A stretch of DNA of 64,000 nt from Dendrobates tinctorius (Eukaryota): contig NW_027361891.1 in the NCBI RefSeq assembly GCF_039654945.1, forward strand, positions 8,060,001 through 8,124,000, read 5' to 3'. How positions within the stretch are numbered: the first letter of the stretch is position 1; every line of letters starts with the position of its first letter. A program made the position numbers and the translations under genes. Under the pieces are notes generated by a model that saw only the letters and a list, made by a program, of their open reading frames with translations, was not told where the DNA came from and ran no database searches. Of this stretch, positions 1-10,752 are shown one piece after another.

Positions 1-2206
1 CAGTGAGAAAGTCACTACGGTGGTGGACATGGGCCAGAAATCTCCAGGTCGGTGTCTTATGGACAACCTCTCTATACGTGGTACTCACCACAGACGCCAG
101 TACGTGGGGATGGGGAGCCCACGTAGAAGGGAAGATTTTCCAGGGGAGATGGCCGGCAGAGTTCGGAAACAGATCCTCCAACTACAGGGAGCTCTACGCG
201 GTCTGGGAAGCTCTGTTGCGGATCCGTCCAATATAAAGAATCGACACGTCCGGGTGTTATCTGACAACACAACAGCAGTGTCATTCCTGAAACACCAAGG
301 AGGACCCAGGAACCAACCCCTCCAGGCCTTAGCGGGAAAAATATTCTCTTGGGCAGAAAGAACAGTGCTCTCGGTAACGGCAGTCCATCTAGAGGGCTCT
401 CTGAACGTGGTGGCAGACTACCTAAGCAGATAACAGGTCTACCCGACGGAATGGGAATTGAACGGAGAAATTTTTCATCAGCTGTGTCAACGTTGCAGAA
501 CCCCCAGTATAGACCTGTTCGCAAATCAAACGCAAAGGTCTCCAGATTTTATTCCCTGAACCCGGCAGACCACCCAGAAGGACGCCCTGAGCCAGACTTG
601 GAAAGAACCCCTCTCGTACGCATTCCCACCACTGGCTCTCATACCGACAGTGTTAAGGAAGATCCGCGAGGACCGCGCAAAAGTAGTAGTGGTGGGTCCA
701 TACTGGCCGAAGAGAAGTTGGTTTTCCCTACTGGGAGCCATGGCAGTGGGAAACCCGGTCGAGCTATCTCCACCAGGGCCCGATCTGCCACCAAAATCCA
801 GCAAGACTTCACCTCTCAGCTTGGATCCTGAAAGGAACATCTTAAAGGCAAAGGGCTTATCAGACCAGGTCATATCTACCCTACAGGCCAGCAGGAAGCC
901 GGTTACATCCGCAATATACTGGAAGATGTGGAAGAGGTTTTGTCTGGACGGTGGCAGGTCCGACCTCCCTAGTATTTTAAACTTCTTACAGGCAGGGTTT
1001 GATAAAGGTCTTAAGCCTAGCGCTTTAAAAGTTCAAATTTCGGCCTTAAGCTCATATTTCAATTACCAGTTAGCATCTCATCCCTTGGTAATAAGATTTG
1101 TAAAGGCCATGCAGAGGCTTCGCCCCATGATTAGACCGCTCACCCCGCCTTGGCACCTTGGCCTGGTACTCAGGTTCTTATGTAGGGATTCCGGCATTCC
1201 CGGTAAGGAGATGTCTATCTCAACTCTCACCCGCAGAACAGCCTTCCTCGTAGCCATTACTATAGCCAAAAGAATTGGAGAGATCCAGGCCCTATCCACT
1301 AGAGACCCATATCTCCAGATCAGAGAAGACTGTATAGTTCTGAGATCAGACCCGGCATTTATCCCAAAGGTAGCCTCCCAGCAAAATATAAACCAGGAGA
1401 TAGTGTTACCATCATTTTGTGACAATCCACGGAACGAGAAAGAGCAGCGTCTTCACTCGCTGGATGTGAGACACGCGGTTATGAATTATTTAGAAGTCAC
1501 AAACAGTTGGCATATCGACCCAAATCTATTCGTCCTTTTTTGGGGTAAAAATAGTGGGAAAAAAGCCTCTAAGGCAACTATCGCCAGATGGATTACGTCA
1601 GTAATCGCCGACGCATATCAAGCGGAAGGCGCAAACCCGCCAGATACACTAAGGGCCCACTCTACCAGGGCAGTATCGGCCTCATGGGCCGAATGGACGG
1701 GCGCCTCGGTTGATCAGATCTGCACGGCAGCAACCTGGGCCAAACTTAATACTTTCTGCAAGCACTATGAGCTTGATGTGACGGCTAGTCAGCATACCGC
1801 ATTTGGGAGAAAGGTTCTCCAGGCGGTAGTCCCACCCTAGGGGAGGTGCTTTGGTACTCTCCATGGTGCTGTCAGGGGGACGTCCTGGAAAGTGGGTATT
1901 GGACCTACCGGTAATGATGTTTCCAGGAGTCCATCCTGACAGCACGGGTAGTTCCCTCCCTGTTATACTATGCTATATTATGTTATATATGTCATATATG
2001 CTGTAATATGATTGTACCATTAAAATTTTACGTGCATTATCCACATTGTGATACTTGTCAAATCACTGAGGGAGATGGGTGGGGCGGAACCTTTTAACCT
2101 CTCGTGTGCTTTTCCTGTCCCTGTAAAGAGGAGGAGGACGTCCTCCATGGTGCTGTCAGGATGGACTCCTGGAAGCATCATTACCGGTAGGTCTAATACA
2201 CACTTT
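1..2206 (+). mobile_element. DIRS1-type retrotransposon A (3' half, cut by the window; frameshifted RNase H/MT, YR domain)
   Basis: RNase H motifs TTDAS and SDNTTAV; MT remnants; tyrosine recombinase with RAHSTRA...HY ending at 1840. Internal complementary region (ICR) at ~1858-1945 pairs with the right terminus ending ...taatacacacttt. Confidence 0.93.
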
Positions 2207-2303
2207 CTCCTACGCCTCATTGGGGGACACAGACAGTGGGTGTTATGCTGCTGCCACTAGGAGGACACTAAGTAAACCAGGAAAAAAGTTAGCTCCTCCC
2301 CTG
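2204..2303 (+). mobile_element. Isolated left-terminus fragment of a D/F-like DIRS family
   Basis: tttctcctacgcctcattgggggacacag...tgctgctgccactaggagg...aaaaaagttagctcctcc matches the left ITRs at 33098 and 61677. Confidence 0.8.
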
Positions 2304-3262
2304 CGGGACATATTGTAATTATTTTTTTTTTTTTTAGTACTGTTTGCATATAAATAAGTTTGTAATTTTATATATCTTTTTACTGTTTCACACAAATGTA
2401 AGTGGTAATACCCCACTTCTGTCTTCTCTCACAGTTGTCTGACAGCCGTAGATCGGCCCTTTTCCTTGCTAGATTGCAGGAGCTGTAAATAGGATCTCTC
2501 ACCAGGACAGTCCTTGCTATTTTATTATACTTGTTGCTCTCTTGAGTGTTGCGGATTTTACCATCCAATTCATAAAGATCAGCAATTTTGGTCTTTATGA
2601 AGAGTTGTTTTACAGTCAGATGCTCCTGATTCATTTAAAAGGCACATGTCTCTTAAAGAAATCAGGAGCGTGTGACAAGAGCTGTCTTCCTCTGTGCGCC
2701 GGACCACAATTCTTACTCCAGTCAGACTGAAGCAAAATTTCTGGCGTAAAAGTAAGCCCCTGCTTGGCATAAATTCGGCAAGCTGTGATGTCTGACCCCT
2801 GTACCACCCAGGGTTCCTCAATTTAGGCCATCTGGGAAAAATTGGTGGTAAATGCCAAAAGTTGCCAAATTTTTGCGCAACTTCGAGTCACGCAAAAATG
2901 TTGCGAAGTCTAAATTTCACCACTTATTGGGTGCTGGTTAACTATTGTTTTAATTTGAAAGAGTTAGACTCTAGAAGCATCAACCAATACCTCATGACAG
3001 GAAAAGGCTTTAAAAAAGAATGCAAATGGATGAATTGGGGCTTGTATCTATACCTATGGATAGAATTGCAGCTGAGATACGCTATGCAAAATTTCTGAGT
3101 AACATTTTTTGCCTATTCACAGGGAAGCACACCTATAGAGTACTAGCATTAGGCAGAATATTGTGTGAATGCTGACTTGGATCAGGCAGCATAGTCTCAG
3201 ATCTGCTTTCATTTGTTGTAATGAGTGTATTTTTTTTTCTTTCATAAATTTCCCTTCATCAG

Positions 3263-3334
3263 GCACCAAATGCCAGTGAAAAAATGATTATGGACAAATT
3301 ATTCGAGAAGGATTCGCTTGTAAGACAGAGCCAG
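3263..3334 (+). CDS. NUP107: NUP107 internal exon (APNASEKMIMDKLFEKDSLVRQSQ)
   Basis: 72-nt exon with cag| acceptor and |gtatgt donor, phase 0/0. The peptide resembles vertebrate Nup107 (..DSLVRQSQ) and joins the next exon in frame. Confidence 0.93.
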
Positions 3335-4369
3335 GTATGTTGGTGTCCTTCGAGGCATCATTTGAGGTAGCTAGTAAATTTCTTATATTTATGAAATAAA
3401 TAACTTTGTTCCTCCAGTAGTATACCTGCTAAATGGGATGTAGACTTTTAGGATATTTTTTTTACGTGTTTTGGGCCCTTGAATTTTGATTGACACGTGT
3501 CCAGATCCTGAAACACCCGCCTGTTGTTCAAAAGACCTCTTAAAGGTGTGCAAGTTAGGATACAGAAGTTCACAACTACTGCCCGAGTACGAGCACACAG
3601 CAGAGTATGGATGTAGTAGAAAGCCTATGACTTCTGGGGCGGGGGCGGTGCAGATGGAGATCTCTCAGCACCAAGATCTTGGGAGATGAGATTTCAGCGC
3701 TGTCACACATCGGAACACCCCTCATCCCAGCCTGCATCATCACCCCACTCCTGCCTCCTCCAGCAGCGACCCTGGGACCCCGCTTCAGCGCAGCCACCAC
3801 CCCCGGTAAGCAATAAGATGAATGGATTATAAGAAGCACAATTTTGAAAAAAAAATAAAAATTTCCTATTCTCAAAATTTGGGGTGCGTCTTATAATCCG
3901 AAAAATGCAGTAAGTAAAAAATATTTTATTTAACATAGCAAATTCAAAGACTAAACAATAAGGAATAAAAACTGAAAAAAAACAGTGAGGAAAAGCAGGA
4001 TTATAATAGATAAGCCGGATTACTTACCGGTAATGCTCTTTTAATGAGTCCACGACAGCACCCACTGGAGGTATCGGATCCGCCCATTTGGAACAGGAAA
4101 CCCTACAGGAAAGATAAAAGGGGCGGTCCGCCTTTCCTCCTCAGTTTTACGTTTCAGAGTACCAGAAGGACCGCCAAGGATTAGGCAATGTTCTCTTATT
4201 TTAACATCTTTCTTATCCATTATTTGGTAATACTTTAACTATTGATATCTTTTTAGGGGGGGAAGTGAACGGGTGCTGTCGTGGACTCATTAAAAGAGCA
4301 TTACCGGTAAGTAATCCGGCTTTTTACTCTTCGCCACGACAGCACCCACTGGAGAGATTCCAGAGACCA

Positions 4370-5800
4370 TCACCTGGGTGGGACCACCGTGCCAAGGATA
4401 GTCCTGCCAAAGCTTAAGTCAGAGGTTGATGAAAGATCAAGTCTGTAGTGGTTATAGAAGGTAGAAGGGGATGACCAAACTGCCGCCTTACATATAGTTT
4501 CAATCGGAACATCTCCCTTTTCCGCCCAAGAGGTTGCCATTGCCCTGGTGGAATGCGCCCTGATGTTCCCTGGAGGATCTTCGTTTTTTGCGGAGTAGGC
4601 TAAACGAATGGCCTCTCTGATCCACCGGGAAATGGTGCTCTTCGTGACTCCATACCCCTTCTTACAGCCCTGAAATGAAACAAATAGGGCCCTACTCTGC
4701 CTCCAACTGTTGGACCTCTCAATACATTTTAGGACAGTTCTTTTGACGTCCAGAGTATGGAACCTCTGCTCTTCCGGAGTAGAGGGATTTTTATAGAAGG
4801 TTGGGAGGAGTATCTCCTGAGATCTATGATATTTTGTTGCCACTTTTGGCAGGTAGGCAGGGTCTGGTTTTAATACCAATCTGTCTTGGTATTCTTGAAA
4901 AAAAGGTGGATCTATTGACAAGGCCTGAATATCACCCACTCTTCTAGCTGAGGTTAGTGATACTAAGAGGGCCATTTTAAGTGCTAAGTATTTGAAGGGT
5001 ATTGTGTCGATCGGCTCAAAGGGGTCTACCGTTAGGGCGTCTAAGACCAGATTTAGATCCCATGTAGGGACGGAGGGTATGTGGATTGGAGTTATTCGTT
5101 CACATGCTGTAATAAAACGAGTTATCCATTTGTTGCCTGCTATATTATGGCCATATAGTGCTCCTAATGCCGATATTTGTACTCTCAGTGTATTTACTGC
5201 TAAGCCTAAGTCTTTCCCCTTCTGCAGAAATTCCAAGATTGGGATTATCGGAACTTCTGTTGTATGAGGTACTGTATGGAATTGAAGAAATTTTTTCCAT
5301 ATTCTAATGTAAATCTGGGTCGTGGACTGTTTTCTACTTTGTAGTAGTGTAGCAATTAAGGACTCCGAGAATCCTCTTGTCCTCAATAACTGCCTCTCAA
5401 ATTCCACGCCGTCAAGTGCAAGCTGAGCACTTGAGGGTGGAAAAAGGGGCCTTGGGAGAGTAGATTGGCAGTCGGAAGGACCCAAGGATCTGTTATCGAC
5501 ATAATCTGCAGCCACGAAAACCACGGTCTTTTTGGCCAGAACGGTGCTATTAAGATTATTCTTGCTTTGTCGTCTCTGATCTTCCGAATTACTTGAGGTA
5601 GGAGGATCAATGGAGGGAACGCATACGCTAGGTTGAAATTCCATGGAACTAGAAAGGCGTCCAGTATGTTTGGGTGATCTGACGGAGATAGGGAGGCAAA
5701 GGTTTTTATCTGCCTGTTCTCCCTTGTGGCAAAAAGATCCACCTCGGGTTGTCCCCATGCGGCTACTATGTCCCTGAAGACCTTCCGATTGAGGCACCAC
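4370..5800 (-). CDS. DIRS B ORF3: tyrosine recombinase
   Basis: SARRVGD (R), RAHSTRA (HxxR), W and HY catalytic residues. Overlaps the MT region of ORF2. Start codon uncertain. Confidence 0.95.
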   Translation of the reverse strand: MVPQSEGLQGHSSRMGTTRGGSFCHKGEQADKNLCLPISVRSPKHTGRLSSSMEFQPSVCVPSIDPPTSSNSEDQRRQSKNNLNSTVLAKKTVVFVAADYVDNRSLGPSDCQSTLPRPLFPPSSAQLALDGVEFERQLLRTRGFSESLIATLLQSRKQSTTQIYIRIWKKFLQFHTVPHTTEVPIIPILEFLQKGKDLGLAVNTLRVQISALGALYGHNIAGNKWITRFITACERITPIHIPSVPTWDLNLVLDALTVDPFEPIDTIPFKYLALKMALLVSLTSARRVGDIQALSIDPPFFQEYQDRLVLKPDPAYLPKVATKYHRSQEILLPTFYKNPSTPEEQRFHTLDVKRTVLKCIERSNSWRQSRALFVSFQGCKKGYGVTKSTISRWIREAIRLAYSAKNEDPPGNIRAHSTRAMATSWAEKGDVPIETICKAAVWSSPSTFYNHYRLDLSSTSDLSFGRTILGTVVPPR

Positions 5801-7428
5801 TCTCCTTGTCGTAGAGTGTGACGGCTTAGGAAGTCTGCCTTTTGATTGCTCTCGCCTCTTATATGAAGGGCCGAGAGGGACAAAAAATAGTTTTCTGCTA
5901 AGTTTAAAATTTTTGCCGCTGAAGACATCAGAGTCTCTGATCGAGTTCCTCCTTGTCTGTTTATATATGCCACTGTGGTGGTATTGTCCGACAGGATCCT
6001 TACATGCTTCTGTTGGAGCTGCGGAAGGAAGTTGTATAGAGCATAGAACACTGCAGTCAGTTCTTTTAAATTAGATGAGTAATCACATTCCTCTTTACTC
6101 CACCTTCCCTGATAAAACCCATTCTCCATGTGGGCTCCCCAGCCCTGGGGACTGGCATCGGTGGTTACAATACAGGATGGAACTATAACCCATGGGACTC
6201 CTGAACATAAATGGTCATCGTCTAACCACCACTCTAGGGAAGTCAAGACTTTTTGTGACAGGGTTATTTTGCTCTGTAAACGACCACTATGTCGCTTATC
6301 CTCCTGGAGGATCTGGTGTTGTAGTGTACGGACATGGTACTGGGCCCACCGGACTGCCGGGGTGCAAGAATTTAGTGATCCTAATAGTGACATTGCTCCT
6401 CTTAAGGATACACGTGGTTTATCTATAGCTGCTTGTATTTTTTGTTTTGTGAGGATGATTTTTACCTGGGGTAGTAGACATCTCTGGGTCAAGGAATCTA
6501 GTTGAAATCCTAGAAATGTCTGGAGAGATTGCGGATCGAGTCTGGACTTTTGGATATTGATGATCCAGCCAAGGCTCTGAAAAGAGGAGACTGCGTCAGT
6601 CACGCGTTCAGTACATTGTTTGACTGAATTCCCAATTACTAGGAAGTCGTCTAGATATGGTACAATTAGTGTGTCCTTTTGGCGAAGGTAGGCCATCACT
6701 TCTGCCATCACCTTGGTAAATATTCTTGGTGCCGTGGAAAGCCCGAAGGGCATGGCCGCGTATTGGAAATGACGAATCCTGCCCTCGACTTCCACTGCGA
6801 CTCTTAGGTATTTCTGGAATCTGTTGTGTATAGGGAGATGATAATAAGCATCTTTTAAATCAATCCCTGCCATTACGCAATTTGGGAAAAGAAGCTTTAT
6901 AGTGGATCTAATCGATTCCATTTTGAACTTATAATTTTTTATAAATGAATTTAGCTTCTTTAAATTAATAATGGTTCTAAATGTACCGTCTGGTTTAGAC
7001 ACCAAAAACAGGGGAGCGTAAAAGCCTCTACCCTGTTGTTCCTCAGGGACGTCAACTAAAACTTTTTTAGCTAGCAGGACTCGAATCTCGTCTTCGAGAG
7101 CCTTTTGCTGAAGTGAGGAATTAAGGCGAGTTATAACAAAGAACTCATAGGGGATTCGAAGGAATTCAATCTTTATTCCTTCCTTGATTATATTCAAAAT
7201 CCATGGGTTTAACGTAATTTGTTCCCATTTGGTAAAAAAAAATTTTAATCTGCCCCCAACCGGTGGGTCTAAACTTTTAATTTTTTTCTCTCCTATATGT
7301 TGGCCCTCTGAAGATGGTACCCTTCTGCTTTTCGTCTTTCGTGGCCCATCTCGTTCTGTCCAATTGTCTTCTTCTCCCGAATGGCCGTCTTTTAAAGGTT
7401 TTCCTATAAAACGGAATGGGAGAATCAC
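5383..7428 (-). CDS. DIRS B ORF2: reverse transcriptase / RNase H / DAM-like methyltransferase
   Basis: RT motifs DLKDAYYH, MPFGL, YLDD; RNase H motifs TTDAS, SDNTT, ADFLSR; MT motifs DLFA and YAFPP. Start codon uncertain. Confidence 0.95.
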   Translation of the reverse strand: MILPFRFIGKPLKDGHSGEEDNWTERDGPRKTKSRRVPSSEGQHIGEKKIKSLDPPVGGRLKFFFTKWEQITLNPWILNIIKEGIKIEFLRIPYEFFVITRLNSSLQQKALEDEIRVLLAKKVLVDVPEEQQGRGFYAPLFLVSKPDGTFRTIINLKKLNSFIKNYKFKMESIRSTIKLLFPNCVMAGIDLKDAYYHLPIHNRFQKYLRVAVEVEGRIRHFQYAAMPFGLSTAPRIFTKVMAEVMAYLRQKDTLIVPYLDDFLVIGNSVKQCTERVTDAVSSFQSLGWIINIQKSRLDPQSLQTFLGFQLDSLTQRCLLPQVKIILTKQKIQAAIDKPRVSLRGAMSLLGSLNSCTPAVRWAQYHVRTLQHQILQEDKRHSGRLQSKITLSQKVLTSLEWWLDDDHLCSGVPWVIVPSCIVTTDASPQGWGAHMENGFYQGRWSKEECDYSSNLKELTAVFYALYNFLPQLQQKHVRILSDNTTTVAYINRQGGTRSETLMSSAAKILNLAENYFLSLSALHIRGESNQKADFLSRHTLRQGEWCLNRKVFRDIVAAWGQPEVDLFATRENRQIKTFASLSPSDHPNILDAFLVPWNFNLAYAFPPLILLPQVIRKIRDDKARIILIAPFWPKRPWFSWLQIMSITDPWVLPTANLLSQGPFFHPQVLSLHLTAWNLRGSY

Positions 7429-8638
7429 TGAAGGCCTTTTTTCTTTCTTTTGCCTTGGCGAGAATTTCGTCTAAGGCTTTTCCGAAGAGGAACTCACCCT
7501 CGCATGGGGTTGCACTAATTTTGGATTTTGATTGTGCATCCCCTTTCCAGCTTTTTATCCAAAGCGCGCGTCTGGCGTTATTCACCAGGGCTGCCGACCT
7601 TGCTGCAAGTCTTAGGGTGTCCGCTGAAGCGTCTGCCATAAAGGCAGCTGCCCCTCTTATCAACGGGATGGCTGCACGCAGTTTCTCCCTTGACACTCTT
7701 TGCTCAATCTGCTGGTCTAATTGATCTAGCCATACCAGCATTGACCTAGCAGTACATGTGCTGGCTATTGCGGGTTTGAATACCCCGGTGGTGGACTCCC
7801 AGGACCTTTTGAGCGAGGATTCAGCCTTTCGGTCCAATGGGTCTGCTAACAATCCTGCGTCCTCGACCGGGATCGAGGTTTGTTTGGAAGTGGAGGATAT
7901 GACAGCGTCCACCTTTGGTATTTTAGACCATTTTAATAGATCTTCATCAGTGAACGGGTACTTCCGTTTTGAAGCGGATGGGAGAAAACCCCTCTGGTCG
8001 TGTTTTTCCCATTCCCTTTTGATGAGATCTTTAATTGCCGGTATTACTGGAAATGATCTCCTCTTTTTTTCTGCCAATCCCGCAAACATAATGTCCTGCG
8101 CGGTCTGGGCTCCCCTTTCCTCTTCACACCCCATAGTATTCCTAACCGCTTTTACCAGGTTATCTACGCTGTCCAGAGGAAAACATGCGCGTCCTTCCGC
8201 CTCCGAGGATGATGATGAGGACGTGGATGCGGAGCCTGAGTTTAACCCCTGTTCTTCCTCTGACTCTGAACTGACAATAACCTGTTTTCTATGCCTGGAC
8301 TCTGCGGGAGTGCTGGCGCGGTTGATGGCTTGTATTTCCTCCCTAATTATGGCTCGGATATCCTGAGAAGATATCGTCGGCCCCTGCCTGGTCTCTTTCA
8401 TGCATTGTTTGCAGAGTTTTTTGGGGTAGGAGTCAGGGAGAGGCTCTGAACATAATGCACATTCTTTATGTTTTGTTTTTCCTTTTTTCTTTGACGGTTC
8501 AGATGGCTGAGACGGTTTGGATCGGGTTTCTGCTGCCTCGCTCCTGCGGGCAGTCTCCGTCCTGGCGCTGCGGTCCCTGGTGGAGTTGCCCCCAGCTGAA
8601 TCCCCTGCTGGGGTTTGCGACTCTGCGGGGGACGACAT
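7277..8638 (-). CDS. DIRS B gag-like ORF1 (453 aa, CxxC-x12-CxxC)
   Basis: ATG-initiated ORF containing CALC..CKQC. Homologous to the gags of C, D and E (DPLDRKA, RRALW.K.W.GD, LFG..LD). Confidence 0.92.
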   Translation of the reverse strand: MSSPAESQTPAGDSAGGNSTRDRSARTETARRSEAAETRSKPSQPSEPSKKKGKTKHKECALCSEPLPDSYPKKLCKQCMKETRQGPTISSQDIRAIIREEIQAINRASTPAESRHRKQVIVSSESEEEQGLNSGSASTSSSSSSEAEGRACFPLDSVDNLVKAVRNTMGCEEERGAQTAQDIMFAGLAEKKRRSFPVIPAIKDLIKREWEKHDQRGFLPSASKRKYPFTDEDLLKWSKIPKVDAVISSTSKQTSIPVEDAGLLADPLDRKAESSLKRSWESTTGVFKPAIASTCTARSMLVWLDQLDQQIEQRVSREKLRAAIPLIRGAAAFMADASADTLRLAARSAALVNNARRALWIKSWKGDAQSKSKISATPCEGEFLFGKALDEILAKAKERKKAFSDSPIPFYRKTFKRRPFGRRRQLDRTRWATKDEKQKGTIFRGPTYRREKN

Positions 8639-9217
8639 GTTCCAATGTTGCAGCGCTGCAGCGCTGTTTTATCTGTATCGTTGCCCCGGAAGTCGCCCTG
8701 TCACAGGGCGCATGCGCCGCGTCATCGCCATCTTACCCCGGAAGTTCAACCATTACTTCCGGGGTATGGGAGCGTCGGGCGCCGGCCTGCTCCCGCGCCA
8801 CCGCTATTAACACACGCGGCTCGCGCGCACATGGCCTCACCATCCACGCTATACCCCCACCGATGGGAATGGGGGGGGGAATCTCCCGGATGCCAGACCG
8901 GCGCGCTCCCTGGTAAGACCGGGCGGCCCTCCCCGGACCCGGCCATTACCACTATGCCACCAGACGAGGGGGGAGCCGTCAAAAGGAGTCTCCCCCGACG
9001 CTGCCTCCGGACCGCAGCCCCTGCCGTTCCCGAAGAGACCGCACAGGCGGATGCATGGCCCAGGTAAGATCCTGCAGGATCCTGCTCCATTTGGAACAGG
9101 AAACCAAAACTGAGGAGGAAAGGCGGACCGCCCCTTTTATCTTTCCTGTAGGGTTTCCTGTTCCAAATGGGCGGATCCGATACCTCCAGTGGGTGCTGTC
9201 GTGGCGAAGAGTAAAAA

Positions 9218-10145
9218 CTAGATTATGGCCCGATGCTATTGCATCGGGAGGATGCGATAGCATCACACCTCTTGCCATGTTAACCCTCAACTCACACACT
9301 CCTCTCACCATCTCCACTCATGTCCACTCACTCTTTCACTCCACATACGACCCCTTCTCTCACTCTGTCTCTCATACTCACGTCGTCATCGCCGCTGCTC
9401 CATGATCCCCGACATCATCTTCCGCCGGCGCCATCCTGGATCCAGACGTTGTCCACGCCGGCGACATGTTCTTGCGGCGACGCCATCTTGAGTATCGTGA
9501 AATCCCGCGATACTCAAGATGGCGTCGCCGGAAGAACATGTTGCCGGCGTGGACGACGTCGGGATCCAAAATGGCGTCGGCGAAATCTCGCAAGTTTTCG
9601 CCGACGTCATTTTGGATCCCGACGTCGTCCTCGCTGGCGACATGTTCTTGCGGCGATGCCATCTTGAGTATCGCGGGATTTAGCCGATCCAAAATAGCGT
9701 CGCCACAAGAACATGTCGCCGGCGTGGATGCCGTCGGGATCCAAAATGGCGTCGGCGAAATCTTGCGAGATTTCGCCGACGCCATTTTGGATCCCGACGT
9801 CCTCCACGCCGGCGACATGTTCTTGCGGCAACGCCATCTTGCTTATCGCGGGATTTCGCGATACTCAAGATGGCGTTGCCGCAAGAACATGTCGCCGGCG
9901 TGGAGAACGTCTGGATCCAGGATGGCGCCGGCGGAAGAAGATGTCGGGGATCGTGGATCAGCGGCGATGACGGCGTGAGTATGAGAGACGGAGTGAGAGA
10001 GAGGGTCGTGAGTGGAGATGGTGAAAGGTGAGAGGTGTGGTGTGTTGAGGGTTAACATGGAAAGAGGTGTGCGGTGACGTCACCGGTTACAACTGGATGG
10101 AAGTTGTTACAACCGGAAGCTGCTTAGGGCATTTATTCTTACAGA
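9218..10145 (-). mobile_element. Non-autonomous Helitron H1 with nested palindromic interior
   Basis: On the minus strand it starts A|TC (10145) and ends CTAG|T (9218), with an 8-bp hairpin cccgatgc/gcatcggg 11 nt from the end. No TSD. Confidence 0.8.
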
Positions 10146-10752
10146 TAATCCATGTACTGTTAAGTCTTAATCAACGAACATTGTATGTAATCAATACAAT
10201 AATTCCAAATGATAAAAGATACATGTGAAAAGAATAAGAAAGTAATGGGGTTGGAAGGAATACACAGGGCCACTTTACTTATGGATAAGTACTGCTTTTT
10301 GATGTCATACTCAGAAACTAACTCTTGGGACATATAGTGGGTCTTATATAGTATGGTAAAAGCTTTCAGTTTCTTTTTGGCTAACCATCATTGGGATGTG
10401 AATTTCAGTGTGGTCACTGGATGTTTAAATACGGTTTTCTTATTTTCCTATGTTCTTCATGTATACCTTATCCATTGGAATTATGGTATTGCTTACATTT
10501 TATGTTTGCTGATTAATAACTTCTAACAGTGCATGGATCTACGGTATATCCATGTGCTGCTTTTCCTCCCCCTTTTTTTTTTTTTTTTTTTTTCTGCACT
10601 GTGGACCTTGTTTATCTTTTTTGCATTTTTTTACCCTATGTAATAAAAATTTTATATATTAAGTAAAAACCTATTTTATTTGAGTTTTATGACTCAATAC
10701 ATTTCTAAATAAAATAGGCTATACTATATTATTACACTTTTAGTTTCAATAC

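Larger units (their letters stand above)
4012..9217 (-). mobile_element. DIRS1-type retrotransposon B, full length and apparently intact
   Basis: ~98-bp inverted terminal repeats (4050-4147 vs ~9106-9204) that read as identical. ICR at ~4270-4355 spans both ends. Three uninterrupted ORFs. Confidence 0.97.

Noticed and set aside
4370-7428. RT + tyrosine recombinase + adenine methyltransferase read as a prokaryotic retron, prophage or defence system
   Set aside because: The ITR/ICR architecture, gag ORF and position in spliceosomal introns of NUP107 identify it as a eukaryotic DIRS1 retrotransposon.
9320-10058. Similar ORFs on both strands (MSPAW.TSGSKMA...)
   Set aside because: They are a by-product of the GC-rich nested palindrome and show no recognisable protein features.
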